Part shown: piece after piece, positions 37,486 to 51,185 of the stretch
Position numbering within the stretch: position 1 is the stretch's first letter
Layout: every line of letters begins with the position of its first letter
NCBI GenBank assembly: GCA_028023455.1
Contig: JAQFVV010000005.1
Coordinates: 8,866,001 to 8,930,000, forward strand
From: Epiperipatus broadwayi
Lineage: Eukaryota; Animalia; Onychophora
Direction: 5' to 3'
Length of the DNA: 64,000 nucleotides
The notes under the pieces: generated by a model
The model's database searches: none
Told to the model about the DNA's origin: nothing
What the model saw: only the letters and a program-made list of their open reading frames with translations
Translations under genes and position numbers: made by a program

Positions 37486-39300
37486 TAAAATTATTGTTCT
37501 TACCCCGAAATCTCGATTAAGACTTGGTTTTATACTCTTAATCAAGATTGCTTAATTTTTCTATCCCTACTATTATTTGTGTAATTAATCATTTTTATAC
37601 AATCTTTTTCAAACCTATGACCTGTTTTTAATGAATGCAAATAAACAGGTGATCTCTTATCATATTTATGCTGAATTAATCTGGTATAAATTGAGTTCTT
37701 TGTTTCTCCCACATAATTAGTTTTTATATTTTTACTTTTGCATGATTTGCATTCAATTTTATATACCCCATTTATATTTTTTTCTACTTTTCTTACATAC
37801 TTATTATCTAATATATTAAGTATATTCTTCCTTCTTTTATTCACTATCTTAAACTTTATAACATTATTAAACTTTTTGTTAATTCTAATAATTATTCTAT
37901 TCATACCTTTTACAATACTGTTATTATAAGTTTTAATACCTATATATTTATTTTTATCTATTTTATTTTTTCTACTTACTATCCCATTGTTTGTATTAAA
38001 TTTGTCTTTCAATTTTCTTATATTTTCTTTTATAACTTTTTCTGGATATTCATTATCCCTAAACTCTTTAATTATTAATTCTATCTGTCTTTTATAATCT
38101 TCCTTATCTGAGCAATAATTCCTAGCTCTATATATTCTTGAATTTACACTACTTATTTTATATTTAACATCTATATTTGAATGCCAATTATTTATATTGC
38201 TATCTACATTACTTTTTTTATATACAGATGTCTCTATCTTGCATTTACCATTTTTATATGATTTTTCTAACAAAATATCCAAATATGATAATTTATTATC
38301 ATTTTCTTTTTCTACTATAAATTTTATATTTTTATCCAATCTATTAATCTCTTCAAGATACATATCTATTTGCCTTTGACTCTTGTTGAAAATCAATAAA
38401 TAATCATCAACATATCTTTTCATAAAAATTGGACCATTAGTATTATTAATCATTAAATCTTCCATATTTTCCATATATATATTACTAAGTACCCCACTCA
38501 ATGCCCCTCCTATTAGTAATCCTTTATTTTGCTTATAATATTCTCCATTAAATTCAAATGTAATATCCTTACAACAAATTCTCATTATTTCTCTCAATTT
38601 TTCTATTGGTATTTTAATTTCTTTATGTTCATCTTTTCTATATCTTTTTATTGCTAACTCTATTGCTTCTTCTACATTTATATTTGTGTACATTGATATT
38701 ACATCTATTTTTACCATAGTTAACTTATAATTATTATATTCATTTATCTTATCTTTCATATCATTTATTAACTCTTTATTATTTTTAATATAAAAACTAC
38801 TTTTATCATTAATATATTTCTTAAGAATATTACTTGATAACCATTTAGATATTCTATCAAAATATGAATTTGTACCATTTATGACTGGTCTTAAAGGCAC
38901 CCCTTCTTTAAATATTTTTGGTGCTCCATAAATTCTTGCCATAGCACAATCTTTATTACCCAAAAATGCAAATATTTTTCTATCCATTAACCCATTATTA
39001 TATAATCCTTTTACTAACTCATAAATCTTCCCATTTTTTAATTTTGTATCATCTTTCTTTATTTTAATAAAATACTTCTCTTCCAACAATTTATTCATTT
39101 TACCAATGTATTCTTCTTTATTCATTAATACCAATTTATTACCTTTATCTGACTTTATAAACACTATTTCTTTTTCATATTTATCCCTTATTTCTTTAAC
39201 CTCTTTTATTTTAATTACATTATTTAAATTATTTATCCCCTTATTCAACTTTTTATGTTTATTTTCAATATTTACTTTTTTTATTTTATATATCATATAA
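37486..39300 (-). mobile_element. Penelope-like element (RT plus GIY-YIG endonuclease), 5'-truncated, with one C-terminal frameshift
   Basis: 584-aa ORF 37542-39296: SDKGN, YGAPKIFKEGVPLRPVI, IDVISMYTNI, GLLIGGALS, RYVDD, YLDI, GVYKIEC..C...YVGET....R..QH; after the shift near 37550 it reads AILIKSIKPSLNRDFG. Confidence 0.93.
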
Positions 39301-41559
39301 AAGAATAATCATATGAGCAGATGCTCAGGGGACATGGGATATTTGAGCACTTAGTTGCACCTTGAACTTGATTCAATTAATCAAACTGAGTTATTTTTCT
39401 ATTTGTATTTATATAATCAGAATAAATCCTAGAAGCATTAACTGACTTTAACCACTTGAAATTTGAACTGAAATGACACAGGATAAGATGTGTGAGAATT
39501 GAGCACTATTCATTTCATGGAAGCTTGATTTGATAATCTAGAGATGTGCTAAGTAATAAAAACTATAATATTACTAATAAAAAAAAAGTAGTGGTGGATG
39601 GCATTTATTTAAATTATTTTAGAAATAATAGATATGAAGACATGAGTATGCTGAGAGCAAAAAGCCAAAACTTAGCATAGACTTTATAAAATGAGATTTT
39701 GGTAGACTGTGAGCTGGAAGAAGAGGGGGGAAGTTTAATGATTTTGACCAGAATAAAGTAATTTGAATAATAGTTGAGGACAAGAATTCTAAACCAATCA
39801 TTATACTATTTAACACATAAGTTGATATGTGTAAGGAATAAATAATTTGGGATAAATCAAATGAAAAATAAAACTCTGATAGAATATTCAGAATTCAATA
39901 AGGTAAAGAGCTAGTACATACATGAAGTTCTTTTACTGTTAATTATTTATGACTTCCTGTACCTTAACTATAGAGAAGTAAATGTTTTAAATTTGTGTAG
40001 TAATAAATTACAGGATCATATATCAATATGTTGAAAGAGAAAATATTTCTTTGTCTTAGAATTCATGTAATACTTATAAATATCACCAAATAAAATATTT
40101 TGTTTTTTACTATTTATTATTTTTAATATTTTCCATTCTACTTATAATCATCTTGCTTGAAAAGGATGAGAAAATCAAAATTCAAATACCAAAGAAATAG
40201 AATATGACTAACCCATCAGGAGATTTCAGCTTTGTAGAATATTTACATATTTTGTGGGCCTTTTTTGCTTAATAATGATTTAGTGTTTTTTTGCTTTAAT
40301 ATTTTAGAAATAATACATTTATTTAGCATAATATCAACATAAATTCAAGCATATTAAAATATTAGCTAATAAAATTGAAATGGGCTGCTGTGCTTACGTT
40401 TATGCATGTATAATCAATGTTTGGCAATGAATTCCCTGTTAGCTTCATCATATTTTCTAAATAAATCACTGATGACTTATTTGCAAATTGAATTTTATGG
40501 ACTGACTGCTATAATTAACTTAATACTTGTAAACTGCCCCCTGATGAGACTATAATGGGAGGCCAAGTTTCCAGTATAATATATTTCCAGATAATTGGTC
40601 CTTCAGTGAATGAAAAATCATTACTCAAGCAGGTTAGTAGTTAAAGATTATTTCTGAGCATAGCAATATGCTGCTTGAGCACCATGTAGGCATGACTTAA
40701 TCAGAAATCTACCTTCTTACTAGTATAGGCAGTCTATGCTTGAATTTCAGTTTTCCATATCTAGGTTAGACAGATTAATACATATATATTATTCAAACCA
40801 CAACTATATTTTCAGGTAACTTCTAATAAAATGACCAAATATGAGAGTTGTTTGACCAAGAATATCTTCTGTTATCTATTGAATAAGACGATATTTTTAT
40901 ATTATATAAAAGGCTACATACTGTTTTCGGTACAAAAAGTCGCTGCCTTCCTCTTTTTTGCATGGTTTTCATTCATGTAGCATAGTATAAAGCCCTATTA
41001 CCATGAGCCTCTCTTGCCACCAGTTATGTCTAGGGTGGTAGTGTGTTGTGCAACTACTTTTCCATATTTTAATTAAATGTATAATAATTCTGACTCTAAC
41101 CTCCTTTTTCATTTTTAAGTAGAAATTCTCGTATCCAGTACTAACAAAAATAGTTTTTCTAAAGTACAAGTTTTCAATTGTAATCTTTTCTTGAGGCATT
41201 AGGCAATCTATTTAGAAATATCTTATTTACACAGCATAGAAATGGAATAGACATTGAAAAGTTGCTTCAAAAACAATTTATATAACGTTGTGTTTATTAA
41301 TCAGGAAAGTGATAGGAGTGTAAAACCAGAAGTAATGGGTCCAATATTAAGGGCCGCATTGCACTCAGGCGGAGTATTTTACAATAAAGATATATATGTG
41401 CAGATATATGAAATTATTTAAGCACATGATAGTTAAAATTTACTTATTTATACAAAAATATTTAAACTCATATATGACATTTTTAATAGAAATAAATCTT
41501 TACCTTGTTTTAGAATTGATATATGTAATTTAAACGCAGTATTTTTTTTTTCACAATAA

Positions 41560-42600
41560 TAAAAAATTTTTTCCCAAAATATAAACAATATAAATGTCAC
41601 ATTACCGACTTTTTAAAAAATTCGGAATAAAAATAAAATCGTTGCTTATATTCGGTAAACTTCAATGTAATTTTAGGTGTATGTTGCAATGCATGATCGT
41701 ATATTGCATTTGATAACCTTAGCGAGGGAAATTTAGACCCGTCTGAGATTATATCTTATTTTTAACATTAACTAATAGAGAGCGCTTAAGTGTTATATGT
41801 AAACTTCCGGACGTAAGTTGTATTAATATTATCTTAAGCTATTTTAACGAGTGCAGTGAGGTTCAGCAGTATCTCAATTTATTTCAATTTTCAACTATCT
41901 GCGTTTCGCAAATTAACATATTACTTAAGCTATATTATTTTGTTTGCATCTTAAATTTATGTTCAATTAATTATTGCATAGTGAAACAAGAATTGAAAAT
42001 ATATTTGAAATGCTTATTTAGTCATGAAGATTTTGATAAAATTGCTTTTATTGAAAGAAAGTTAAAATCAAAAATTTTTGTCTATTTTTTTACATGGCGA
42101 TAGAGAAAGGCAGTGACTCAACTGAGAAAATATTATGCAATGTGCATCTATGTGGCAAGTATATTAATGCAATTTAATGAAAGCCAAAAGTTCGTTTAAC
42201 GTAAGTTTAGTGGGGATAAGTGACAAATTTTATTTATTTTTCAGATGTTCATGCTAATATTCTCTTCCGTTATTTTTAGAACTCTACTATTACACTAGAA
42301 AAAATGCGAAAAAAGAGAACAATATCTTATTAGGTTGGCGTTTTTTAAAAAAAAAAGTCGACAAAAATAATATTTTGATTGTTTTTATTTTTAGAACTTT
42401 TTATCCATAGAGTAGTAACTGATATGGCATTCTCTATTTCTAACACGATTGCATAGTAACAGATAAAGTGAACACAATATATTGTGATATTTATAATACT
42501 CGTATTAAAGAGGGTAATGTTGGAATCTCATATTAAAACTTACCATTGGAAAACTGATTTTGTAAATATATGTATTAAAAATTATCGCATGCAAAGTATA
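41560..42600 (+). promoter_or_regulatory. CpG-retaining, promoter-like patch with an ETS motif and splice donors
   Basis: About 23 CpGs counted by eye in ~1 kb versus almost none at 51.2-52.2 kb; ACTTCCGG at 41803-41810; GTAAGT at 41813 and 42201; acceptor-like ttttttcag ending at 42244. Confidence 0.5.
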
Positions 42601-43213
42601 TAGAATCATGCAAAGAAGCTGTTGTTTAAATATCAAGTCATTAAATTAGGTTTCTTACTCAATACTTGAAATCTGAAAAAATCTCATTAATAATAAATTG
42701 AACAAATGTTTGTATGAAGCCTTTCACTTTCCAATTCTTAAATCAAGAAATTTTTTTTTTTTTTTTAGTAAGGAGGATGCTATGAGTGATGTCGATGTTT
42801 TTGTTACATTCCGACTTAGTAACCTATTTTTATTTGACATTAATATAAGTGCAAGAAATAATTCTGATAAAGATGAATTTTAGGAGAATAGATTTATTGG
42901 GGAAATTTTTTTTACATTATGATAAATTCTTTAGAGATTCAATGGGTTTGTGAAATTAAGAGGAGATACAATGTATTATTGGATGGTGCAACATTTAGGG
43001 AATATGATAATTAAGGAGCAAAGGAATAAGAATGAAAGTTTATGTCTTCCAGATGGTGAATAAGATAACCAAATATGAAAACAATGTGTTATTGGGAACA
43101 AGTTCTGAGAAAACAACAAGATTTGAGAAAGTGTTTAATAAAAATGAATAGGTGTGGTATGTTTATAGTCAAGGTTTGGCAACATGGTAAATTTTAACTT
43201 GAAGGCATAGATT

Positions 43214-43232
43214 GGGGGGGGGGGGGGGGGGG
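43214..43232 (+). repeat. Poly-G tract (G19)
   Basis: Direct read; C13 tracts also at 3474-3486 and 33201-33213. Confidence 0.9.
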
Positions 43233-43579
43233 TGTCAAATATTAGATTTTTTTCAATTATTAATTTTAGTTGTTAAACTAAAGAAGAGGTAGCTTTATGT
43301 ATATATAAATAATAATAAAACAAGTGTCAACATATGTGTGGAATATTCTTATTCTGAAAAATATCTATCTTATCATAAGATCAATGATTAGATCACATGG
43401 TCATGCTGAGAAAATTGTTATTGATAAGGGAATATGATAGAATGATTTCATATCTACACAACATTTTAGCAAATTATTTTGTAGATTAAAATTATGAATA
43501 TGTGAATTAAGGAAGTTTGTTGATGTAATGTGATCCTAGCACTTAATATTTCTATATTTCATAAACTAGAATGAATCTT

Positions 43580-43900
43580 ATACTTTGTTGATATAAAGGA
43601 CCTTGAAGGATATCAATAGCACATCTTTCAATGTCTAGTTATTCTGCCTGCATTTGATCAGAGATTTTAACAGCTAAAATGAATTTTTTCCTGGTCAGCA
43701 TATTTAAAAAAGTCCTTATGAGAATAGTGATAGCACATCTGTCTATGGCCACAACTTGGGTTCCAGATAACATTGAAATTTTTCCAAACAACAGATAGAC
43801 TTATTATTTTTTACATAACCTGCTATTATAAGTTGAGCTATCCATAAAAATGAATATCTAACTCTTAAAAATGAGATTCTAGTTAAATCTATCATAATAA
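43580..43900 (-). pseudogene. Possible CR1/L2-like RT relic
   Basis: Minus strand MLSGTQ (SGVPQG-like) and KYADQ (YADD-like). Confidence 0.3.
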
Positions 43901-44794
43901 GAACTAATTCACTGATTTGTATTAATAAAAATGCAATTGTAATATGATGTAATCTTCAGGGCTGAGTATGTATCACACTATTGAGGTCATGATTATCTTT
44001 AACTCATTTAAGAAGTTTTTGATATTTTTAAAACTACATATATTGAGTTTTGCTTTCCTAAGTATTTACTGAAAATAGAAAAAAAAAATTCAAGAAATTG
44101 ACTGACTAAATCTAATTACTATATTAAGTTCTATTAATTGCCAAAGTTAAATCTTTTCTATATGCATGTTTTTATTTTACAATGAAATATTTTGACTGTA
44201 TCTACTAGTTTACATCAATATCGAATTACAGGTGTGTTTTTCTTTTATTAATACAGGTAAATATGTTCAATGAAATGTATAAGTAAATACAGAAGTGAAA
44301 TTTGTATGAAAAGAAATAATTTATACTAAAGTGAATTTACTAATAGTATTATGCACTTAACACTTGTAGAATTCATTTTCAAGCATGCATTTGACCATAA
44401 TAAATACTGTATTTATCAATTGTAATGGTTAGCATAGGTTTGTCTTGTTCCCAAGATAAAGGTGATCATGGGATACTCCAGACTTTATGTATTATATATT
44501 TACCTTTTGATCAATATATAAAAAAAATGTCTGTTAATAAAAATTGTTTTTATCTTTGTTTTTGCAAATTTTTTCCCATAGAAAATAAATATATTTTTCA
44601 AATTAAAGTTAAATTTTATTTATAGAAACATTATTCCTACTTTTTAAACATTGAAGAAATGCTTTATATTATTGTAGATGATTTTATGCTCATTTTTTAA
44701 AATACATTTTGATTTTCCAGTTTATAATTTTCTGCACTTTAGTAGTTAATTTTATATACTGTACAATGTTAGTTATTTTTTTTTTTTGTATTCT

Positions 44795-44890
44795 TATATT
44801 TTTAAAAACCGGTCAACACTTAGACAATCCCAATATCAATAACAATCAACAATCATACTGTTGTCAAGACAATCTTTTAACAATAAAGGT
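44795..44890 (+). repeat. Left half of the host repeat interrupted by the L1/Tx1 insertion
   Basis: aaaaccggtcaacacttagacaatcc...cttttaacaataaaggtcc aligns with aaaaccagtcaacacttggacaatcc...cttttaacagtaatggtcc at 52298-52383. Confidence 0.8.
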
Positions 44891-44912
44891 CCTTCCGGTT
44901 TAATGGCGGCCT
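44891..44912 (+). promoter_or_regulatory. Candidate internal Pol II promoter (ETS-like and YY1-like motifs) at the LINE 5' end
   Basis: CCTTCCGGTTTAATGGCGGCC immediately after the 5' TSD. Confidence 0.6.
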
Positions 44913-45117
44913 CTGAATGCAGATCTTCTGCATCATCTCTCATCTGATGTGAATATATTTGCACTAAAAAGGGAAAAATTCGAGAGAAAATTACAAAACT
45001 ATATCTGTGAGTACAATCTTTATTATTCTTTGCAATTATTTAGCGCGATTTACTACTTCAAAGTAGTTTTGAAACATTAAATTAAATAACGTTTATTAAT
45101 TACGGTTAACCGCTAAA

Positions 45118-47270
45118 ATGGACTCTGTAATAAAGCCTATACTAAGGCCTAAACGCTCTAATGGGAGGAAAAATATATATACTAACCTTAAAACCTCTCC
45201 ATGAGTCCCAAAGTTTGGATTACAACAATAAACCCTCCAAAGAACCAAAGAATAAATCTACAACGGTAGAAAGCATTTCAAATAATCAAAATCAATTTCT
45301 TCTTCGACTACTAACAACCTGATAATAAAATCTATGCTAAAATCGACACATTGTCACGTGAAAGGGGAAAATAATTCGAAATTATCTAGTGATTTCCAAA
45401 TTGTAAATGCAAAGATTCCCTAATGAACCTAAAAATAGCGGTGAAAATGTTCGAAATGATCATACCGTTAAAAAAAGTATAATTCCGCTCATAAACTCGC
45501 GAAACAACGGGAAAACTTTGCAACAGGGGAAAAATGATGATTCCCCATTTACAGCCTCGAACAAAAAAATGAATCACTTAGAGAATACCAAAACTTTCAA
45601 ACACCATCAAAAACTAATCTATCTCCACTAAATAATCCAGAACTGGGAAAACAGATTAACAACAATAATTTATATAACAACACAAATCTAAATCTCATAA
45701 AATCTCCAAAACAATTAAAGGAAAATAAAAATTCCAAAACTACAATAATTAAACCAAATCAGAAATCGACCTTAAACCATAATGATATGCACTCTCCCAT
45801 TCCAAAACAATCTTCACTAAGTCACCCAGAGTTTGACAAATTCAATATCACAGGCCCTGAATACAGGGATTCAAACCAACTACCTCACAACTCTGAGCAT
45901 AATAAAACCACAAGCCCAATGATGAATGAAATGACATATGCAAACAAGGTCAGAGCTAACATAATGATAAATACACATCATCAAACATCACAACCTGATA
46001 AATACATGGAAGCAATTCGACTTTTACAAGAAATAGAAACAGAACAGTCTACATCAAACTACTCTAATCCTCAAACAACATCTACAGATAATCCTACTTG
46101 TGATATTCAGAACCATGAAATAATAAATGAACAGTTTAACCAAACCATACCATTGCCACTCCACAAATCTCTACTCAACTATTATAATGAGTGTTCTCTC
46201 ATACTTTCCACTACAGATAACTGTTTAAATCTATACACATTCCCTACATCATCACTATATGAACTATGTAAAGCACATGGCTGGTGGAAATCGATCCATA
46301 AGATCCTCTTTCATCCAAATGAAAGATATCTTATCATCCAGTTCACAAACCAACAAGTTAAAGCTGCCTTTAGAAATAGTCATAAACTCCTAAACAACAA
46401 ATTTCTTGTCTACATTGACTTCAACCGCCCAGTTGTTTTAACAGGGTGAATTCAAAAATGTACCATGGACTTTGAAAAGGCAGACCTTCAGCGCCACTTC
46501 AAAGACTATGGCACCATTACCAAATTTCAATACCTAGTAGCAGACAACGATGATCCCACAGTATACATCAACACTGCACAATTTCAGCTTGTTCTTAAAA
46601 AAGGAATTCCATCTCAATCAGTCCCATCTCTAATTCAACATGGCGAATCTTCACTCATCATCATCTTTCGTGGCCTTCCACCCCAATGCTTTCATTGCAG
46701 GCAGAGAGGCCATCTAAAAAAAGATTGTCAAGAGAGAAAATGCATAATTTGTGGAGAGATTCGGTACAAATTCCACAAATGTGATAGCGATCAAGAAAAT
46801 CATCTAACAAATACATACCCAAGTCTCAAGCAACAATATATCACTAGCAATACCACAGATCACACTACATCATCATCAAAAATTCCTAATGATAAAACTT
46901 CCTTGGAAACAGAATAATTTCAACTCACTCCTGAACAGCTGCATACCAATGACAATTGCGTATCATCATCAGATACAGCAACAATCAGCCAAACAGACAT
47001 GGACACCGATGCTGAATAAAGCGACACTACAATGGCCAGCAACAGAATTCCATGTAAAAGAAAACAAAAAAAAACAATAGCTCTGAACAATCACAAGAAA
47101 GTAGCAATAGCAATGAATGTGACAATCTTCGAGATGCAACAAAGACCAATATTCCCCCACCAAATAGACCTTGTGAAAAAAAACGAAGAGACCGTTCTCC
47201 AAAAGTCACAAGTTCATATAACCTCACAAATGAAACAAAAACAATAGACCAAGATAACAACATGCAACTG
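45118..47270 (+). pseudogene. LINE ORF1 (Asn-rich N-terminus, RRM-like middle, zinc knuckles), interrupted
   Basis: Fragments 45787-46449 and 46465-46917 are in the same frame, separated by one TGA; CFHCRQRGHLKKDC knuckle; the second knuckle has Y in place of H; further frameshifts. The ATG at 45118 is inferred. Confidence 0.75.
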
Positions 47271-47532
47271 ATTGACCCTTTGTCTCAAAATAAAGTAGCC
47301 TCATGTCAACATGAAAATGACAATGAACGCTTACTGATAGACTTATCTCCATCATTGTGGCCTATTCCTGAACCTATTTCACCAGACCTCAACTTATCTA
47401 AGAACCTAATACAATCTGAACCTTATCATCACCCCACCAATTTGATGCTGGAACAGAATATTATGGTCTTAGAAACTGGATCACATTCCAATCAGGCAAA
47501 CTCTCCCACATGAGAGAGCGGTTTCACTATCA

Positions 47533-50500
47533 ATGATGACTTTCAACATAACATCGATTAACATCAGAGGCATGAACTCCCTTGGCAGAATCCAAGCATT
47601 ATCATTCTGGCTTAAGCATAATACACCTGATGTTCTTTGCCTCTTCACACACTATCTGACCAAAACATCATACAGAGAATACAAAAATTTGGATACTTCC
47701 ATTATTCCTTCTCCTCCTCTGCATCTGGTGGAGTAGCAATTCTTTTTAATAAAAAATCTAAAATAACCTTTTTCAAAATAATTCATATAGACTCTAACTG
47801 CCTCATAGCCATTATACAGGTAAATGGATGGACACTTAACATAATAAATGTTTACATGACCAAAGCATCAGATATAATCTATAGAATCATCCACACTATC
47901 AACGCGGTCTTAAGAACTAACCCTTTTCCTGCATTGATGTTGGGTGACTTTAATCATACATACGATTCTTTTGAAAGGAGTCACCTAAAATCACTGAGCA
48001 ACACCTTTAAGAACTAACCCTTTTCCTGCATTGATGTTGGGTGACTTTAATCATACATACGATTCTTTTGAAAGGAGTCACCTAAAATCACTGAGCAACA
48101 CCTTTACAAGTGGAAGACAGCTTTTTGATGTGTCTGCCTTCTCATTCTATTCATCACGGTTTAAGTCCCTCATTGATCTTTTATACTTCTCTCCTTCACT
48201 TGCTCCCTTCATTGAAGCTAACCTGTGGCCTGTTGTCTTTACGGACCACATGGCACTAGAGGTCCTTATCAGAATTGTGGATAACACATTCATATGGCAA
48301 CATTCCACGAACAATGAGGATCCTCACAAAGGAATCTGCCACTATACAACTCATCTCTGAGATTTACATATCATTCAACTCTGCTAATATAAACACACTT
48401 TCACCATGTGATAAATGGAAAAACTTCATAAATATTCTACAATCACATATTCATAACATAATAAAGGTCCCCTCAAATTACTAAGTCAATTGGACAAGAT
48501 AGCCGACACACTTAAACATTTGCCCATACAAAGGCAAAATATCCAAGAAATTACTCGCCTTAAACTACAATACAAAGCTACCCAACAATCCCTGGCTGAA
48601 TACCTATCAATTAAACGAGCGTGCAGTTACTTAGCATATCAACACTGCTGGACTCGAGGTTACATCAGATGGGCCCTAGGATCCAACCAACAAAACAAGG
48701 CACCCTCATCGATCAAGATACACAGTAAACAATATATTGGCCTCTCCATGCTTTCCAAAATAAGAGACTTTTACAAAAGAAAATTACAACATATTGGTGT
48801 CACTAACATCCGTAGAGTTTTTGTTACTAACAACCCTATAGAACATAACATCACAGATGGTGATATTCTTGACAAACTGCAATCACTCCCAGAAAGTGTC
48901 CATCCTGGCATGCATGGAATTTCCAGATTTCTACTTTTACACCTAAGAGCTTTTATTATCCCAGTAATCCACGGAATGATAGACCTCATCGCCACTAGAA
49001 GTCATCACCTAATAAACCTATGTCCCATCTCCATGGTACCCTTTTTAAAGAAGCGAGATGCACAACCAGATCTCAATAACCTGCGTCCTATCTCGATGAT
49101 TCCTCTATTGACAAAGATCATTGAGATTATCATTAAAGACAAGATTCAATATAACATAATTAAACAACTTTCGCGCTATCAATTTGCAAAAAAAGGCACT
49201 TCAACATCTGACGCTGTCAGCCGCTTCAGACTTCTGGTCGATCATGTGCGGAGACAAAGGAAGTCCCGGCCCATTGTAGTCCAACTTGATATAGCTGGGG
49301 CATTCGACTCTGTGAGAATTGATGTTCTTCTCAGTGTTCTGGAACAGCTAAATGTACCACCCATATACATTCAAATGATTGAGAATCTTCTTTACAATCG
49401 GGAAGTGTTCTTGTCCCTAGATGGTCGCATTGCCCCAGGTTTTATGCCCTACATCTCCATCCCCCAAGGTTCTCCCCTGAGTGCACTTCTCTTTGCTGCC
49501 TATATCAATCCAATGCTGTTGAACATCAAGGCCACGTTTTCTGGTATCGCTGTTCCGTTACTTAATGAGAACATCAATCACATCTCCTATATGGATGATG
49601 TAGTTGTGTTTCTTTCATCCCATGATGAACTGGGTAAGCTAAAACAACTTCTTGATCACCATGCCAAATTATCTGGTTTCCTTGTCAACCCAAAAAAATC
49701 AACTATTTGGTCAATTCTTACTGGCCAGAAGATCTCTGGTGGATTTGAAGCAGCACCACAGAAATTTCTAGGATTTCACCTATCAAAAACACCCACGGTG
49801 ATGCGTAAAGAGATACAGGACTCATTATTAGAGAAAATTGAAACCACAATTGCATCTTTGTCAAAAATATACCTTTCCCTATTTGGGAAAGTAGCCCTTT
49901 TAAATGCTCTCATTCTTCCAAAAATAATATACTATTTGGCAGGGTTCATCCCCACCAAGGTATTCATCAACAAAGTAGAAACCGCCTGTAGAAAACTGTG
50001 TTGGGCGGGCCGATCACCTGTAATTAGCTTGAGAATCCTCCAAAAGCCCAAAACTTTAAATGGTCTTTCACTACACTTGCTAACTATATTCAACTTACAA
50101 CGCATCCATAATGTACTCTACAACATCTTCAAGGAAAATGAACGTGCTCAATGCCCACTTCCGGAAAAGGACATTCAACCTACTGATCGGCCATCCCCCA
50201 GAGGACGTGCCTTGCTCCTTCAACAGCAGATCAACTTTATCTTTGATAACTTCAAACCAACATCAACCCTATTTCAAAGAAAACTTGCATATTGGGAAGT
50301 GTTTGATCTCCTTGACCATCAAAAACAGAGGATCCCCAGCTGCCTTTCAATCGACATCCCTCGAATGATAAGGATGACCAAGCTCTGGAAGTTGCCACCA
50401 AAAATCGTGGACTTCCTATTGAAATCGAACCTGCATGCCCTCCCAACAAATGCCTTCCTCCACTATAAAAGGGGACAAGATATTGACTCTAATTGCACAT

Positions 50501-50775
50501 TGTATCAAAGACAGGAAGAGACTACCGATCACTTCCTCTTCGAATGCACAACTTTGAACAATTTAAGAACTCATTTTCAACAAAACATGACAAGAAATCA
50601 AATTGAAATGAACCTCAAGACAGCAATTGAAAAGGGCATATTCTCTGAGATCCGGCTTTCGGCCATAATTAACTTTTCCATCTGGGCATTGCGCTGTAAG
50701 CTGGTGTTCCAGGCTGAGACCTTGAATAATATATTTCACAGTATTTTGCCAAATACTAAACAAGGAAAGGGATAG
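47533..50775 (+). pseudogene. LINE ORF2 (APE endonuclease, RT, CCHC); endonuclease half frameshifted, RT half open for 761 aa
   Basis: SINIRGMNS, GGVAIL, LGDFN, SLIDL, TDH; LRPISM, LDIAGAFDSV, IPQGSPLS, YMDD, KFLG, KVALLNALILPKIIY; E.TTDHFLFEC. Confidence 0.92.
47910..48106 (+). repeat. Perfect 97-bp tandem duplication in the endonuclease domain
   Basis: 47910-48006 is repeated at 48007-48103, with TTA microhomology; both copies encode LMLGDFNHTYDSFERSHLKSLSNTF. Confidence 0.95.
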
Positions 50776-51159
50776 AGATATGCGCACTGCTGACCCCTTC
50801 ACAGCTGCACAAACCTGGGACTCCATTGCAATTGGATAGCGCTCCCCGCAACTTTGCTGTTTATTGGGTGGCTGTTGCTTTTCATCATTTCATAAAACTC
50901 AAACATGGATATTAATACTACCTATTAACAGCATCTCATTTTAATCTTCCCTGCTATGAACTTTAGACAAATTGGGTTTCTATGGTCTATTTTTGGAACA
51001 ACAAACAAGTCACAAAAGTTTCCTGTGCAAACATTAACTCAAATATATCCTTTTTTTATTTGCATGCTATTTCATAATCATTTACTTGTTTTTTTTTTAC
51101 TTTTTGGTCTGTATTTCTATGGTCTAAATGTACAATAAATTTGGTTTTTGAAAGATAAC

Positions 51160-51185
51160 AATAAAGGTGGGATCCCACCTTTATT
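51160..51185. repeat. Perfect 26-bp palindrome overlapping the 3' TSD
   Basis: AATAAAGGTGGGATCCCACCTTTATT is its own reverse complement. Confidence 0.95.

Larger units (their letters stand above)
44891..51155 (+). mobile_element. Full-length, disabled L1/Tx1-type non-LTR retrotransposon (~6.27 kb)
   Basis: 13-bp TSD TAACAATAAAGGT at 44878-44890 and 51156-51168; ORF1 with CCHC knuckle; ORF2 with APE, RT and C-terminal CCHC; AATAAA near 51134. Confidence 0.9.

Noticed and set aside
37738-39300. Short plus-strand hydrophobic ORFs (37738, 38197, 39106) and similar antisense ORFs at 964, 15863, 19670, 46969, 47027, 48771, 50252 and 50563
   Set aside because: They are opposite-strand shadows of TE coding or coding-like sequence, and their apparent hydrophobicity comes from T-rich codons.
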